Under the pieces are notes generated by a model. The model made no database searches and was not told the origin of the DNA. It saw nothing but the letters and a program-made list of their open reading frames with translations. Below, one piece after another: positions 8,824 to 18,141 of a stretch of DNA of 52,698 bases. A program made the translations under genes and the position numbers. This DNA is from a virus (lineage: Duplodnaviria; Caudoviricetes): the IMG/VR virus record IMGVR_UViG_3300017647_000006, positions 1 to 52,698 of that record. One strand, 5' to 3'. How positions within the stretch are numbered: position 1 is the stretch's first letter; each line of letters starts with the position of its first letter.

Positions 8824-9014
8824 CCCTTCGCCTCTTTTTCCAACGCCACCGCCGCCCCTTCAAGCAACCCCTGCGCCAACACCGCTTCCTCACGTGTCAG
8901 GGTAACGGTCGGTGCCGTCATATCCGCGTCGAGCTGGGCCGCGATCTTCGCGGCTATCTCGCGGGCGGCGGCGATCAGCGGGCGGTTAAGGGCGGGGGCG
9001 GCGGGCACTGTCAC
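8820..9014 (-). CDS. Small hypothetical protein
   Basis: Overlap-coupled to both neighbours. Confidence 0.5.
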   Translation of the reverse strand: MTVPAAPALNRPLIAAAREIAAKIAAQLDADMTAPTVTLTREEAVLAQGLLEGAAVALEKEAKG

Positions 9015-9835
9015 TGCACCGAAAAATCGAAGATGCGCGCGGTCATCGCACCGCCCGCCCCACCGCCGGTCAGTGAAAAGATGAACCCATATTCGCCCGG
9101 CTCCAGCGGCTCGGTCGGCGTCACTTTGAAAACGCCTGTCCGAACTTCGGTCGAGGTGAAGGCAACGCGGTCCTTGTCCATCACGCCGACTTTGGAGCCG
9201 CCGATATTGGTGCTGCCGACGCGCGCCTCCCTGCGCTCATCCTTGCGCTTCAATTCGACAAGGCTGAACTCAGAAGGCGACATGACGATCGTGTTCGCGC
9301 CGCTGGCCCAGACATTGGAACCGGAACTCTCGCTCGGATCGTCGAAGAAGAAGTAGAAGGTCGGCGAGCGTCCCGTTTTCACAGGCGCGGTTTCGCCGGG
9401 GATCACAGCTTTGATGCTCGCTGATGCAATGCCGCCTGTCAGCGCGTAGCCCCAGATGCCGCCGGTCTTGGCCTGCGTCGTGACTGATGGATTCATCTTC
9501 TCCATCTTCGCTGCGACGCCCTGGCCGACCAGCACGTAGACCCCGGCAGGATGCGCGACCATCGGATCGGGAGAGTCCGGCATCATCTGTGGCTTGCTTC
9601 CGGCGCTCACCATCGCGGCGATGACGGCCGACGAAACACCCTGTTGCTTGAGGGTGATCATCTCGTCCACCGACAGGTCGAACGAGACGCCATCGGCCTC
9701 GATCTTGGCGATGACAGCTTCGTCGCCAAGGCCTGCGCTGTTGAGGTTCAAGACCTCCTGTTTGGAAAGCGGCTCCGCGAACACCGCGCACGGCACTGCG
9801 GCGAGTGCCAGACTAATTCCGAGAAGATATCGCAT
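9011..9835 (-). CDS. Exported protein (signal peptide), immunity-region accessory gene
   Basis: MRYLLGISLALAAVPCAVFA signal peptide, small helical domain, then a beta-rich domain. Confidence 0.7.
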   Translation of the reverse strand: MRYLLGISLALAAVPCAVFAEPLSKQEVLNLNSAGLGDEAVIAKIEADGVSFDLSVDEMITLKQQGVSSAVIAAMVSAGSKPQMMPDSPDPMVAHPAGVYVLVGQGVAAKMEKMNPSVTTQAKTGGIWGYALTGGIASASIKAVIPGETAPVKTGRSPTFYFFFDDPSESSGSNVWASGANTIVMSPSEFSLVELKRKDERREARVGSTNIGGSKVGVMDKDRVAFTSTEVRTGVFKVTPTEPLEPGEYGFIFSLTGGGAGGAMTARIFDFSVQ

Positions 9836-10235
9836 TGATGATTGCCCCCACAGCTATGCAAAAAACGCCGATGCCGAGCGCCGTCAGACTGCCCGCCACA
9901 GCCACGCCCTTCTGAAACATGAGATCGAGATTAGCGACTTCTGATTGTCCGCCCGGCCCGAGGATCGTGGACGGCGTATAGGCCTCCACGGTCGACTTCA
10001 TGGAAATCGCGAGCGCGAGCGCGACCGCCCCGCATGTTGCGATTGTCCAGCCGGTCGCCGTCCAGGCGCCGCCCGCCTTCGGTTGCTGCCCCACCGGAAT
10101 TTCGGCTGTCGCCTGCGGTGCAGCCTCACCATGCGCGGGCGGCTTGCCCTGTTCTTCGGGCGTCCTGAATGCAATCCAGATTATGAAGCCGAGCGCACCG
10201 AATATGACGGTCGCAATCCAAAGCTGGTCGCTCAT
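9813..10235 (-). CDS. Membrane protein downstream of the repressor
   Basis: Three hydrophobic segments. GGAGG RBS before ATG 10235. Confidence 0.65.
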   Translation of the reverse strand: MSDQLWIATVIFGALGFIIWIAFRTPEEQGKPPAHGEAAPQATAEIPVGQQPKAGGAWTATGWTIATCGAVALALAISMKSTVEAYTPSTILGPGGQSEVANLDLMFQKGVAVAGSLTALGIGVFCIAVGAIINAISSRN

Positions 10236-10257
10236 TCCCCCTCCCCCAAGTGATGCC

Positions 10258-10944
10258 TTACTGAACCCGTCTCCCGAACCAGACGACGCGACCAACTATC
10301 CTCACGTCATCCAGCAACCTGATTTGAGGCTCATAAAGGTCATTCGCCGAAACCAGCCGAATTTGCTGGGGATCGCTATCGGGAACCTTTTCGATGAACT
10401 TCACGACATGCCCGTCCCCATCCCAAATGCAAAACGCTCCCGGCTGCGCGAGCGACTTGCGCCGAGTATCAACCAATATCTGATCGCCACCGCGGAAGTC
10501 CGGCTCCATCGAATTGCCCTCAGCGACCATCGCCAGCAGAGCCTCCGGATCGGCGCGCAGCTCGCGGATCACAAGGTCGCGCGAGAATGACACCTTGCCC
10601 GGGTCGTCATCGCCCGTCCCGCCCGATCCGAGGCCTACCCAAGTCGGCAGTCGTTGAATGTCGACGCTCGTGTCTTCCAGGCCGGTGTGAAGATGGACGT
10701 CAAGCGCCGTCTCGCTGTTCCCTGCCTCAAAAGCCATCGGAATGTAGCGCGTCCATGCCGGTGCGCGCTTCGTCTTTCCCTGCTCCCACTTAGACACGAC
10801 TTGTTGGCTGACTCGCGTCGGATCGCCTTGATAGCTTGCCTGTCCATTGATGCGCTTAGCAAGGTCCGCTGCCGACCATCCGCGCTTTTCGCGTTCGGCC
10901 TTCGTCCACAGTCCGGCCTTGCCGGGATCATCGGGCATCTCCAT
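10258..10944 (-). CDS. cI: CI-like repressor (XRE HTH + S24 peptidase)
   Basis: REKRGWSAADLAKRI...VSQQVVSKWEQG HTH, EGNSMEP catalytic Ser and VVKFI Lys. Divergent from a cro-like gene. Confidence 0.9.
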   Translation of the reverse strand: MEMPDDPGKAGLWTKAEREKRGWSAADLAKRINGQASYQGDPTRVSQQVVSKWEQGKTKRAPAWTRYIPMAFEAGNSETALDVHLHTGLEDTSVDIQRLPTWVGLGSGGTGDDDPGKVSFSRDLVIRELRADPEALLAMVAEGNSMEPDFRGGDQILVDTRRKSLAQPGAFCIWDGDGHVVKFIEKVPDSDPQQIRLVSANDLYEPQIRLLDDVRIVGRVVWFGRRVQ

Positions 10945-10956
10945 GTCGGCTGTGGC

Positions 10957-11017
10957 TACAAACTTATTGATTGTAGCGCCGCTACAAAAGGGTTGTAATT
11001 GTAACGCTTCGATTGTA
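10957..11017. promoter_or_regulatory. OR-like operator cluster between cI and cro
   Basis: TACAA-ACTTA-TTGAT (10957-10971), TACAA-AAGGG-TTGTA (10983-10997) and degenerate AACGC-TTCGA-TTGTA (11003-11017). Same motif as at PL. Confidence 0.7.
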
Positions 11018-11029
11018 AGCGTTGCGCTC

Positions 11030-11284
11030 ATGACCCAGACCCCTCTTCAACGCGCACTCGCCCTGCCCCGCTTTGACGGGAAGCAAAGCCGTCTCGCCGA
11101 CGCGATCGGCACCAGTCAGCAAAACATTTCGAACTGGATTGCCCGAGGTTCGCAGCTTCCCGCGGAATTCGTCCTCAAGGCCGAAGCCGAAACTGGCATC
11201 CCACGCCATGTCTGGCGGCCTGACATATACCCGCCCGAGGAATACGCAGCTCTCGCCAAAGCCGACGCTTCGGAGGCCGCATGA
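11030..11284 (+). CDS. cro: Cro-like (YdaS family) HTH regulator
   Basis: QSRLADAIGTSQQNISNW...IPRHVWRPDIY. Confidence 0.85.
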   Translation: MTQTPLQRALALPRFDGKQSRLADAIGTSQQNISNWIARGSQLPAEFVLKAEAETGIPRHVWRPDIYPPEEYAALAKADASEAA

Positions 11285-11784
11285 ACGCCCGCGACCTCGC
11301 CCGCTGTTCGGTCTACTTCATCCAGAACGCGCGTTCGGGCCATGTGAAGATTGGCTTTTCGACGGACGTTCGTTCGCGCCTTTCGGCATTGCAAACCTCG
11401 CAGGCCGATACCCTTGTCTTGATCCGGCTCATCGACGGCGGACCGGCTACCGAGCGCTGGTTGCATCGTCGTTTTGACCATCTGTCCCTTCGGGGCGAAT
11501 GGTTCGCGTTCGACAGCGAAATGCTCACAATCATCCCACCCGATGAGGTCGTTACCCCGATTAGGGTGACGCAACGGCGTGATGTCAGTCTCACTCTTCG
11601 GGAGCGGATTAGGGATAATCTCGCGCTTGCAAAAGACATGGGGCTGTCGAGCCGCGATGTTGTGACACTGCTTGCCACAACCCTTTCCGTCGATGAGGCG
11701 GAACGGGTCATCACCTACATCGAGGCTGGAATTTCGGCTGATCTGGCTCATGAGCGCGAAGCCCGCGCCGGACAGGCGGCCTGA
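11281..11784 (+). CDS. GIY-YIG family (T5orf172/MUG113-like) protein
   Basis: VYFIQ...VKIGFS...RLSALQT...ERWLHRRF...RGEWF. Confidence 0.8.
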   Translation: MNARDLARCSVYFIQNARSGHVKIGFSTDVRSRLSALQTSQADTLVLIRLIDGGPATERWLHRRFDHLSLRGEWFAFDSEMLTIIPPDEVVTPIRVTQRRDVSLTLRERIRDNLALAKDMGLSSRDVVTLLATTLSVDEAERVITYIEAGISADLAHEREARAGQAA

Positions 11785-11787
11785 TCG

Positions 11788-12015
11788 ATGTCGGCGCGCG
11801 CCATCGCCCTTCTGGCCGCTTCATTGCTAGCAGGATGCCACGACATTGATCGTGGGGAATGCCTTGCTGGGCATAAGGTGGCCGCTTGGAGGCAGCTTGT
11901 CCCGATGCGCGTCGGCAACGTGACGATCTTCAACACGATACACCATCCCGAGCGTTTTGCCTGCGACCAGTGGGAATACCCAGGCGGTCGCTCAGTCGAA
12001 GGCGCACCGCAATGA
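11788..12015 (+). CDS. Small putative lipoprotein
   Basis: Hydrophobic leader with LAGC lipobox. Confidence 0.5.
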   Translation: MSARAIALLAASLLAGCHDIDRGECLAGHKVAAWRQLVPMRVGNVTIFNTIHHPERFACDQWEYPGGRSVEGAPQ

Positions 12016-12267
12016 CGCCCGGCAGCAACCCCCTTCCCCCTCTCGCCGGCCCTGAAACGGCGAGCGCCCCGCTGGTCAATCCCCCCCCGACCAGCGGGGA
12101 TAGCCCTTCGCAGGCCATCGCCCGAGCGCTGAACCAGCCCGTCCGCGTCTACGCGATCGACGAGGAAGAGGGCCGCGCACTGCTCGTGGAGCCGCTGCAC
12201 TTTCACCGCGTCATGCGTCGTCACGGCCGGGATGTGGTCTGCAAATCTCATGTCCATGGAGGGATTG

Positions 12268-12732
12268 ATGCCTGAATTGTTCCAGCCTGTCGTTCCGAAT
12301 GGAGGTCCGTTAACCGAAGCCGCGTTCCATAGCGCCTTGTGCGCCGGACTGGCGCGGGTGGCGGCCTCGATCGGGCGCGGCAACCTCGCCGACAAGTCGG
12401 GCCGCACCACGCGGGCGCTTGATAAGGTATTCGCCGGCAGCATCCCGAACGGCAAAGGCTTGCTCGATTTTCTGCTCGCCGATCCTTCGGCACTGGACGA
12501 ATTGCTCGCCCGCTACGGCTACCAGCTCGCCCCACTCGGACGGGAAGCTGTGCTGGACTTCGAGATCATCGCAGACGCCGCCGCGCTCACCGCCGAGCAC
12601 ACCGAGGCCATGCGCGACGGGAAGCGCGATCACCGCGAGACGATCCGCATTGCCGACAAGGCCCGCCCGGTTGTGGCGCGGTATCAGGGGATCATCGCGG
12701 AAGCCGACCGGTTCAAGGGGGTCGGCCAGTGA
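12268..12732 (+). CDS. Putative CII-like regulator
   Basis: Position after cro, helical HTH-like N-terminal half, DGKRDHRE motif like those in phage CII-type proteins. Confidence 0.45.
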   Translation: MPELFQPVVPNGGPLTEAAFHSALCAGLARVAASIGRGNLADKSGRTTRALDKVFAGSIPNGKGLLDFLLADPSALDELLARYGYQLAPLGREAVLDFEIIADAAALTAEHTEAMRDGKRDHRETIRIADKARPVVARYQGIIAEADRFKGVGQ

Positions 12733-12880
12733 ACGCCATCCTCGCCGTCGCCATCTTCTCTGCTGGCGGCTTTGTCGGCCTGTTCGTGGGCTGCGCTCTA
12801 GCGATGAGTGCAGGCTCTGACCTTCTGGACGAACTGGAAGCGGCAGAGGCTGGGATTGATCGGCTGCGGGGGCGGGCGGG

Positions 12881-13474
12881 ATGACGTGGCCCTTCGCGAG
12901 CCTGACCCCGCTGTCCTATGACGTGATCCTCGCCGATCCGGCGACCGGATTCGAGACCTATTCGGACGCGGGCCAAGGCAAGAGCCCATCCGCGCACTAT
13001 CCGACCATGACGTGGGCCGAATTGGAAGCTCTGCCCGTCCAGCAGCTCGCTCGCGGCGATGCCCTGCTGATGCTCTGGGCCTGCTGGCCGACATTGCGCC
13101 AGTCGATGACCCTCATGGACGCTTGGGGCTTTCGCTATGTCACCGGTGGCGCGTGGCATAAGCGCACGAAGCACGGAAAGTCGGCTTTCGGCTGCGGCTA
13201 TGTCCTTCGCAGCGCGACTGAACCATATCTGATCGGCACGTTGGGCAGCCCCAAGACGGCCAACAATATTCGCAACGTCATCGAGACCAATGACCTCGAC
13301 GTGATCGACGCGATTCGCCGCGAGCATAGCCGGAAGCCCGACGAACAATACGACGTCTGCGAGCGGATCATGCCGCGCGCGACACGCTGGGCCGAACTCT
13401 TCGCCCGCCAGTCCCGCCCCGGCTGGGATTGTTGGGGCAACGAAACCACGAAATTCGACGCGGTGGCCGCATGA
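12881..13474 (+). CDS. MT-A70 family adenine methyltransferase
   Basis: YDVILADP..., HYPTM, LMLWA, WGFRYVT...WHK, RREHSRKP, ELFARQSRPGWDCWGNE. The catalytic DPPW-type motif reads DPAT. Confidence 0.85.
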   Translation: MTWPFASLTPLSYDVILADPATGFETYSDAGQGKSPSAHYPTMTWAELEALPVQQLARGDALLMLWACWPTLRQSMTLMDAWGFRYVTGGAWHKRTKHGKSAFGCGYVLRSATEPYLIGTLGSPKTANNIRNVIETNDLDVIDAIRREHSRKPDEQYDVCERIMPRATRWAELFARQSRPGWDCWGNETTKFDAVAA

Positions 13475-14097
13475 CGTGGACCTCGACCATCGCGCTATCG
13501 CTTGCATCCTCGCTTGCTGCGTCGGGAGCGACAGCCCTTTATTTCCGGTCCCGCCTGAGCGCGGCGAAAGCGTCGGCTAGCCTGTTCAAGGCGCTCATGC
13601 ACGACGCCCAGACCCGCGCGCTCCGGGCAGAAGCCCAGCTCGACATCATCCATCACAAGCACGTCCAGGCCGGTAAGGCCGCCCATAGCGCAACACGCGC
13701 CCTCCGGGCTGCCACGACCGAAGCGCTGCGCAGAGCAGCGCCGAACCCGCCGCGCCCGCGCGATGTCATCGAGGCTAAGGTTAAGGCCCGCCGCGCTGCG
13801 CGGAAGGCTGAGAGCAATCCACCGGACGCCGGGCGGGGAGTTAGCCCGGCATCCTCTGCGCGGGAGGGTGAGAGCCTTCCCGCGCCTTTGTCAGATTCCT
13901 GCCGGGGCTCAGCGGCCCGGAAAAAGGATGGTTCGGGAACGGCACCCGAGCATGCCGACAGGACGCGGGCCCGCACACTCCCGCGGGCCACCCAGCGGAG
14001 CAAGGGCGGGAATACGCCCGCCCCCCTCTGCCGGCAAAACCGCGCGGTTGAAACCTCCCCCGCTGAAACAACCATGAAAGGAGCCTCACATGGCTAA
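13471..14097 (+). CDS. Hypothetical protein, N-terminal hydrophobic
   Basis: ATGA overlap with the MT-A70 stop. Low-complexity C-terminal half. Confidence 0.45.
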   Translation: MTWTSTIALSLASSLAASGATALYFRSRLSAAKASASLFKALMHDAQTRALRAEAQLDIIHHKHVQAGKAAHSATRALRAATTEALRRAAPNPPRPRDVIEAKVKARRAARKAESNPPDAGRGVSPASSAREGESLPAPLSDSCRGSAARKKDGSGTAPEHADRTRARTLPRATQRSKGGNTPAPLCRQNRAVETSPAETTMKGASHG

Positions 14098-14470
14098 AAA
14101 CGACGACGGCCCGCAAAACGGCGGGGAGATCCCGGAGCCCGATTTCGATCGCGCGCTGAGGGTTATCACCAACGACCTGAACCCTCTTCTCGAAAAGGGC
14201 GCCAAGGTCCGCGGCGATCAGGCCGCGGCGTGGAAGGTGATCGAGGACGATTGCCACTGCAACAAGAAGGCGGCGAAGGATTTTCACAAGCTGCTGCGCA
14301 TGGATCCCGAACTGCGCGACGACTATTTCCGCACGTTGAGCGGCCTGCTCGAGCGGTCGGGCATCGGTATCTCCCGCGATCTGGTCGACCAGGCCGAAGG
14401 CGGCGAGGCCAAGCCGATCATTCCGGTGGTCGAAAAGGCGCGGCCCGAGCTCGCGACGCTGACGCACTAA
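14090..14470 (+). CDS. Small helical protein, possibly GapR/DUF2312-like DNA-binding
   Basis: Strong RBS. KAAKDFHKLLRMDPELRDD pattern resembles GapR-like proteins. Confidence 0.4.
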   Translation: MAKNDDGPQNGGEIPEPDFDRALRVITNDLNPLLEKGAKVRGDQAAAWKVIEDDCHCNKKAAKDFHKLLRMDPELRDDYFRTLSGLLERSGIGISRDLVDQAEGGEAKPIIPVVEKARPELATLTH

Positions 14471-15021
14471 TGCGCATCATCGGCTGCGATCTATCGAAGA
14501 GCATGTCAGGGCTCGCCGGCTGGGATGGTAAAACATCTCAGCCGGTAGTCGTGTCCAAGCCGCTCGGCTCTAAATTCACCGACCTCGGAACGGCTTTCGG
14601 TCGGTTGCACGAGCAGTTGAGCGACCTCAATTGCATCATAGGTGGCGCTCACGTCATCTATTGCGAAGAGCCGCTGCAGCCCCAAGCCGTTACCAAGCAA
14701 ACGACGTTCGAGACCCTGCTCATCACCTATGGCCTGTTCGCGCACGCGCAGAGCTTCGCGGCAGCTAAGGGCATCCGGTTCATTGCCGTCCATCAAGCCA
14801 CATGGCGTCGGCATTTTCTCGGCGCCATGAAGCGCGGCAAGAAATCGGTGGAACTGAAGGAATACGCCAAGGAGCGGTGCGGCCAGATCGGCATCAGCGT
14901 CAAAAATGGCGACGAAGCTGAGGCTGTGGGCGTGCTCGATTACGCCTGCGACCGCGAAGGCATCCGTCCGCCGTGGTCGGCCAACGAGGTTCTGCGGCCG
15001 CCGTTGGGAGGAATCGCATGA
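14470..15021 (+). CDS. RuvC-like Holliday junction resolvase
   Basis: MRIIGCDLSKSMSGLA, IYCEEP, TWRRHFLG, GDEAEAVGV RNase H-fold pattern. Confidence 0.75.
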   Translation: MRIIGCDLSKSMSGLAGWDGKTSQPVVVSKPLGSKFTDLGTAFGRLHEQLSDLNCIIGGAHVIYCEEPLQPQAVTKQTTFETLLITYGLFAHAQSFAAAKGIRFIAVHQATWRRHFLGAMKRGKKSVELKEYAKERCGQIGISVKNGDEAEAVGVLDYACDREGIRPPWSANEVLRPPLGGIA

Positions 15022-16784
15022 AACTACACCCCCTTTTCATTGACGGTTTCGCGGGCGGAGGCGGTGCTAGCACCGGTATCGGCCAGGCGCTCGGTCGTGA
15101 TGTCGACATCGCCATCAATCATAGCCCGACGGCGATCGCGATCCACAAGGCAAATCATCCCGAGACTGAGCATCATTGCACCGATATCCGCTCGCCCTTC
15201 CTGCCGCGCACCGCGACCCGCGGCCGCCCGGTCGGCGGCGCGTGGTTCTCGCCCGATTGCAAGGAATACAGCAAGGCGAAGGGCGGTCCGGTCAAGGATC
15301 GCTCCATACGGGCGCTTTGCTGGGAGGTCATCCACTGGCTCGAAGAGACGCTTCCGGCAGTCGGATATCTCGAGAACGTCGAAGAGTTCGAATATGCCGC
15401 GCCGCTGGACGGCAACGGCGTGCCGATGCCCGACAAGAAGGGCCGAGAGTTTAAGCGCTTCGTCCGCTCGATCCGCAGGCTCGGTTATCGCGTGCAATGG
15501 CGCGTGCTCAGGGCATGCGACTATGGCGCCCCGACCTCGCGCAAGCGCCTCTACATGATCTTCCGCCGCGACGGTAACGCGATCGTTTGGCCGAAGCCTA
15601 CCCATGCTTCACCGACCGATCGCCGCGTCATCGCGGGCAGGTTGCTGCCATATCGCACCGCGGCCGAGTGCATCGATTGGACGATCGATTGCCCCTCAAT
15701 CTTTGAGCGCGACCGCGAGCTTGCCGAAGCGACCAAGCGCCGGATTGCGCACGGCGTCATGCGCTATGTCGTGCAGGCGCAGCGCCCCTTCCTTGTGCCG
15801 GTGACCCATCAGGGTAGCGTTCGCGTGCACGACAGCGCCGAGCCCTTCCGGACGATCACTGGCGCCCATCGAGGCGAGATCGCGGTATCAGACGTCGAGC
15901 TGGCGTCGTTCGTCTCATACGGCCAGCAAGGCGGCCTCAATCGCCCGATCGTCAAGCCTATGCACGCTGTCACGGCGTCGAAAAAGGACACAAACGGCGT
16001 CGTAGGCGCCACGCTCGTGAAGATGGGCAATGGCGAGCGCGATGGACAGGCCCCGCGCGCCCTCGACCCTCGCAAGCCCTACGGGACGGTCACTGCCAAG
16101 GGGTCACAGGCCGCTGCGGTCACCGCGTTCCTGTCGAGCTTCTACGGCAGCGACAAGGCCGCGGCTGGGGGCGATCCGGAATTGCCGCTGCGCACCGCGC
16201 GCGCGGGCGGACAGCATCACGCCGTCGTCGCCGCCCATATCGAGCAGGCGAATACTGGCATGGTCGGTCACACGCCCCGTAAGCCTCTCTCGACGATCGT
16301 CGGCAAGGGATGCACCCAGCGCATCGTTGAAACGACAATGATCGAAGAGGGCGCGTTGCCGCCCGAAATGATGGCGCGCGCAGTTCGCACGGCCGCCTTT
16401 CTGGTCAAGTACTACGGCACGGACGGCGAGAATGAGACGGCGCAGATCCAGCCAGTCGACCGCCCGCTCGACGTCGTCACCGTCAAGGCGCGCTTTGCCG
16501 TCGTCACGGTCACGATCGACGCCACGACCTATGTCATCGTCGATATCGGCCTGCGCATGCTGAAACCCCGCGAGCTCGCCCGCGCGCAGGGCTTCCCGGA
16601 CGATTATGTTCTTGATCCCGTCGTCCGCAAATTCGTGCGCGGCAAGTGGGTCGAGAAGCGCCTCACAATTGCCGAGCAGATCAGTGCGATCGGCAACAGC
16701 GTTTGTCCACCCGTCGCCCGGGCGCTCGTGGCCGCGAACCAGCCGGACCTCTGCAACTGGCAGCCGGAGGCGCTGGCAGCATGA
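15018..16784 (+). CDS. DNA (cytosine-5) methyltransferase
   Basis: DGFAGGGG, SPDC, ENVEEF, DYGAPTSRKR, RELARAQGFP and IGNSVCPP motifs, with a long repetitive variable region. Confidence 0.92.
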   Translation: MKLHPLFIDGFAGGGGASTGIGQALGRDVDIAINHSPTAIAIHKANHPETEHHCTDIRSPFLPRTATRGRPVGGAWFSPDCKEYSKAKGGPVKDRSIRALCWEVIHWLEETLPAVGYLENVEEFEYAAPLDGNGVPMPDKKGREFKRFVRSIRRLGYRVQWRVLRACDYGAPTSRKRLYMIFRRDGNAIVWPKPTHASPTDRRVIAGRLLPYRTAAECIDWTIDCPSIFERDRELAEATKRRIAHGVMRYVVQAQRPFLVPVTHQGSVRVHDSAEPFRTITGAHRGEIAVSDVELASFVSYGQQGGLNRPIVKPMHAVTASKKDTNGVVGATLVKMGNGERDGQAPRALDPRKPYGTVTAKGSQAAAVTAFLSSFYGSDKAAAGGDPELPLRTARAGGQHHAVVAAHIEQANTGMVGHTPRKPLSTIVGKGCTQRIVETTMIEEGALPPEMMARAVRTAAFLVKYYGTDGENETAQIQPVDRPLDVVTVKARFAVVTVTIDATTYVIVDIGLRMLKPRELARAQGFPDDYVLDPVVRKFVRGKWVEKRLTIAEQISAIGNSVCPPVARALVAANQPDLCNWQPEALAA

Positions 16785-16952
16785 AACCCGAAGCCCTCAA
16801 ACTACAACGCACGATCGCGCTCCGCGAGGTCGCCCGCTGTCGCGCGGCGGCTGATGGTCACCCCATGTCGGACGAACGGATAGCAAAGGCCGTCGCGCCG
16901 ATCGTGAGGGCTTCTGTCGAACAGGTTTCCAAATGGATGAAGGAGGCGGCCA

Positions 16953-17255
16953 ATGTCGGATGATTGGCAGGTTGGGGATTTGGCGCTGTGCGTCGCTATC
17001 GCGCACCCGATGTTCGAATTGCCTTCGAGCATCCTGCGTATCGGCGCGATCTACACGGTGGCGCGCATCGGTCGCCCCATCGGATGGGCAGGCGGTGAGC
17101 GCGCGCTCGGCTTCTCCGATGTGTCACCGCGAAACGCTGGATGCGGTTTTCCCGAAACGCTGTTCCGCAAGATCGACGATCACGAACCCGACGACTTCGA
17201 CCGCGAAGTCATCGAGCAGATGAACGTCGCTCCTGTCGGGGAGCCTGTGGCATGA
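16953..17255 (+). CDS. Hypothetical phage protein
   Basis: WQVGDLALCV...FRKI pattern, coupled ORF. Confidence 0.6.
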   Translation: MSDDWQVGDLALCVAIAHPMFELPSSILRIGAIYTVARIGRPIGWAGGERALGFSDVSPRNAGCGFPETLFRKIDDHEPDDFDREVIEQMNVAPVGEPVA

Positions 17256-17569
17256 CGAAGATGCAAGCCCTCGACCAATTGAAGCGCGGCGCGAAAGAAC
17301 GCCCCTGGACGCCCGAGCACGACGCCACGCTGGTCGCGATGAAGGCGGCGGGCATGACCGTTGCCGCCATCGGTGAACGCCTCGGACGGACGCCACAGGC
17401 CGTCAGCAGCCGTATCTACAATCTAGGTGCGGACGAGCGGCCTATCGACACGGCTCGCGACTTCCTTGGCGAGAAGATCGAACTCTATCTGGCAACGATA
17501 TTCCGGCTCAACCAGTCGGCTTTCACCGATGTCCGCGACCTCAAGGCGAGGGCCTACGGATGGCGCTGA
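17252..17569 (+). CDS. HTH protein, GcrA/Myb-like N-terminal domain
   Basis: WTPEHDATLVAMKAAGMTVAAIGERLGRTPQAVSSRIYNLG. Confidence 0.6.
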   Translation: MTKMQALDQLKRGAKERPWTPEHDATLVAMKAAGMTVAAIGERLGRTPQAVSSRIYNLGADERPIDTARDFLGEKIELYLATIFRLNQSAFTDVRDLKARAYGWR

Positions 17570-18141
17570 AACCGATCCCCGCCGACTTCGATCCCTCCAT
17601 GCCGATCCGCAAGGCAATGGAGCGCTATGGCATCGCCAAAGGCACCGTCCTGCGCTGGCGCAAGAAGCGCGGTGCCGTTCCGAAGCCCCAGCCCGACGCA
17701 TGGTCTGAACGCGAACTCTATCTGTTGCGGACGAACTTCAACTCCATGACTTATGCTCAGCTATGCGAGGTTCTGCCGGGGCGCACGCAACTCGCAATCA
17801 AGACCCGCGCCAATGCGATGGGCCTCAAGAAGGCGTCTGGAAACTTCGCTCGTGATCGTGGCCCGCGCTTTGACGGACAGGGCGCAAAAGGCATCGCCGA
17901 CATGGCCGCCCGGCATCTTCGCCGAGACGGCCCGGTCTATCGCTGTGACGCAGAAGGGAAGGCAAACCCCAAGGGCAAATTCTGGCGCTACGGTAACATC
18001 ACCCTCACCGAAGCGGATATGCTCGCCAAGGCTGAGCGCAAGGGCTGGCGGGCGGATAGCTGGAAGCAAATTCCCGACCGCACCGTGACTATCGGTGAGG
18101 CTGCCAATCGCGTTGTCGACAAGCTCCGGGGGACGATGTGA
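17560..18141 (+). CDS. Tandem HTH/Myb-like DNA-binding protein
   Basis: ERYGIAKGTVLRWRK and WSERELYLL...PGRTQLAIKTRA. Confidence 0.6.
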   Translation: MALKPIPADFDPSMPIRKAMERYGIAKGTVLRWRKKRGAVPKPQPDAWSERELYLLRTNFNSMTYAQLCEVLPGRTQLAIKTRANAMGLKKASGNFARDRGPRFDGQGAKGIADMAARHLRRDGPVYRCDAEGKANPKGKFWRYGNITLTEADMLAKAERKGWRADSWKQIPDRTVTIGEAANRVVDKLRGTM

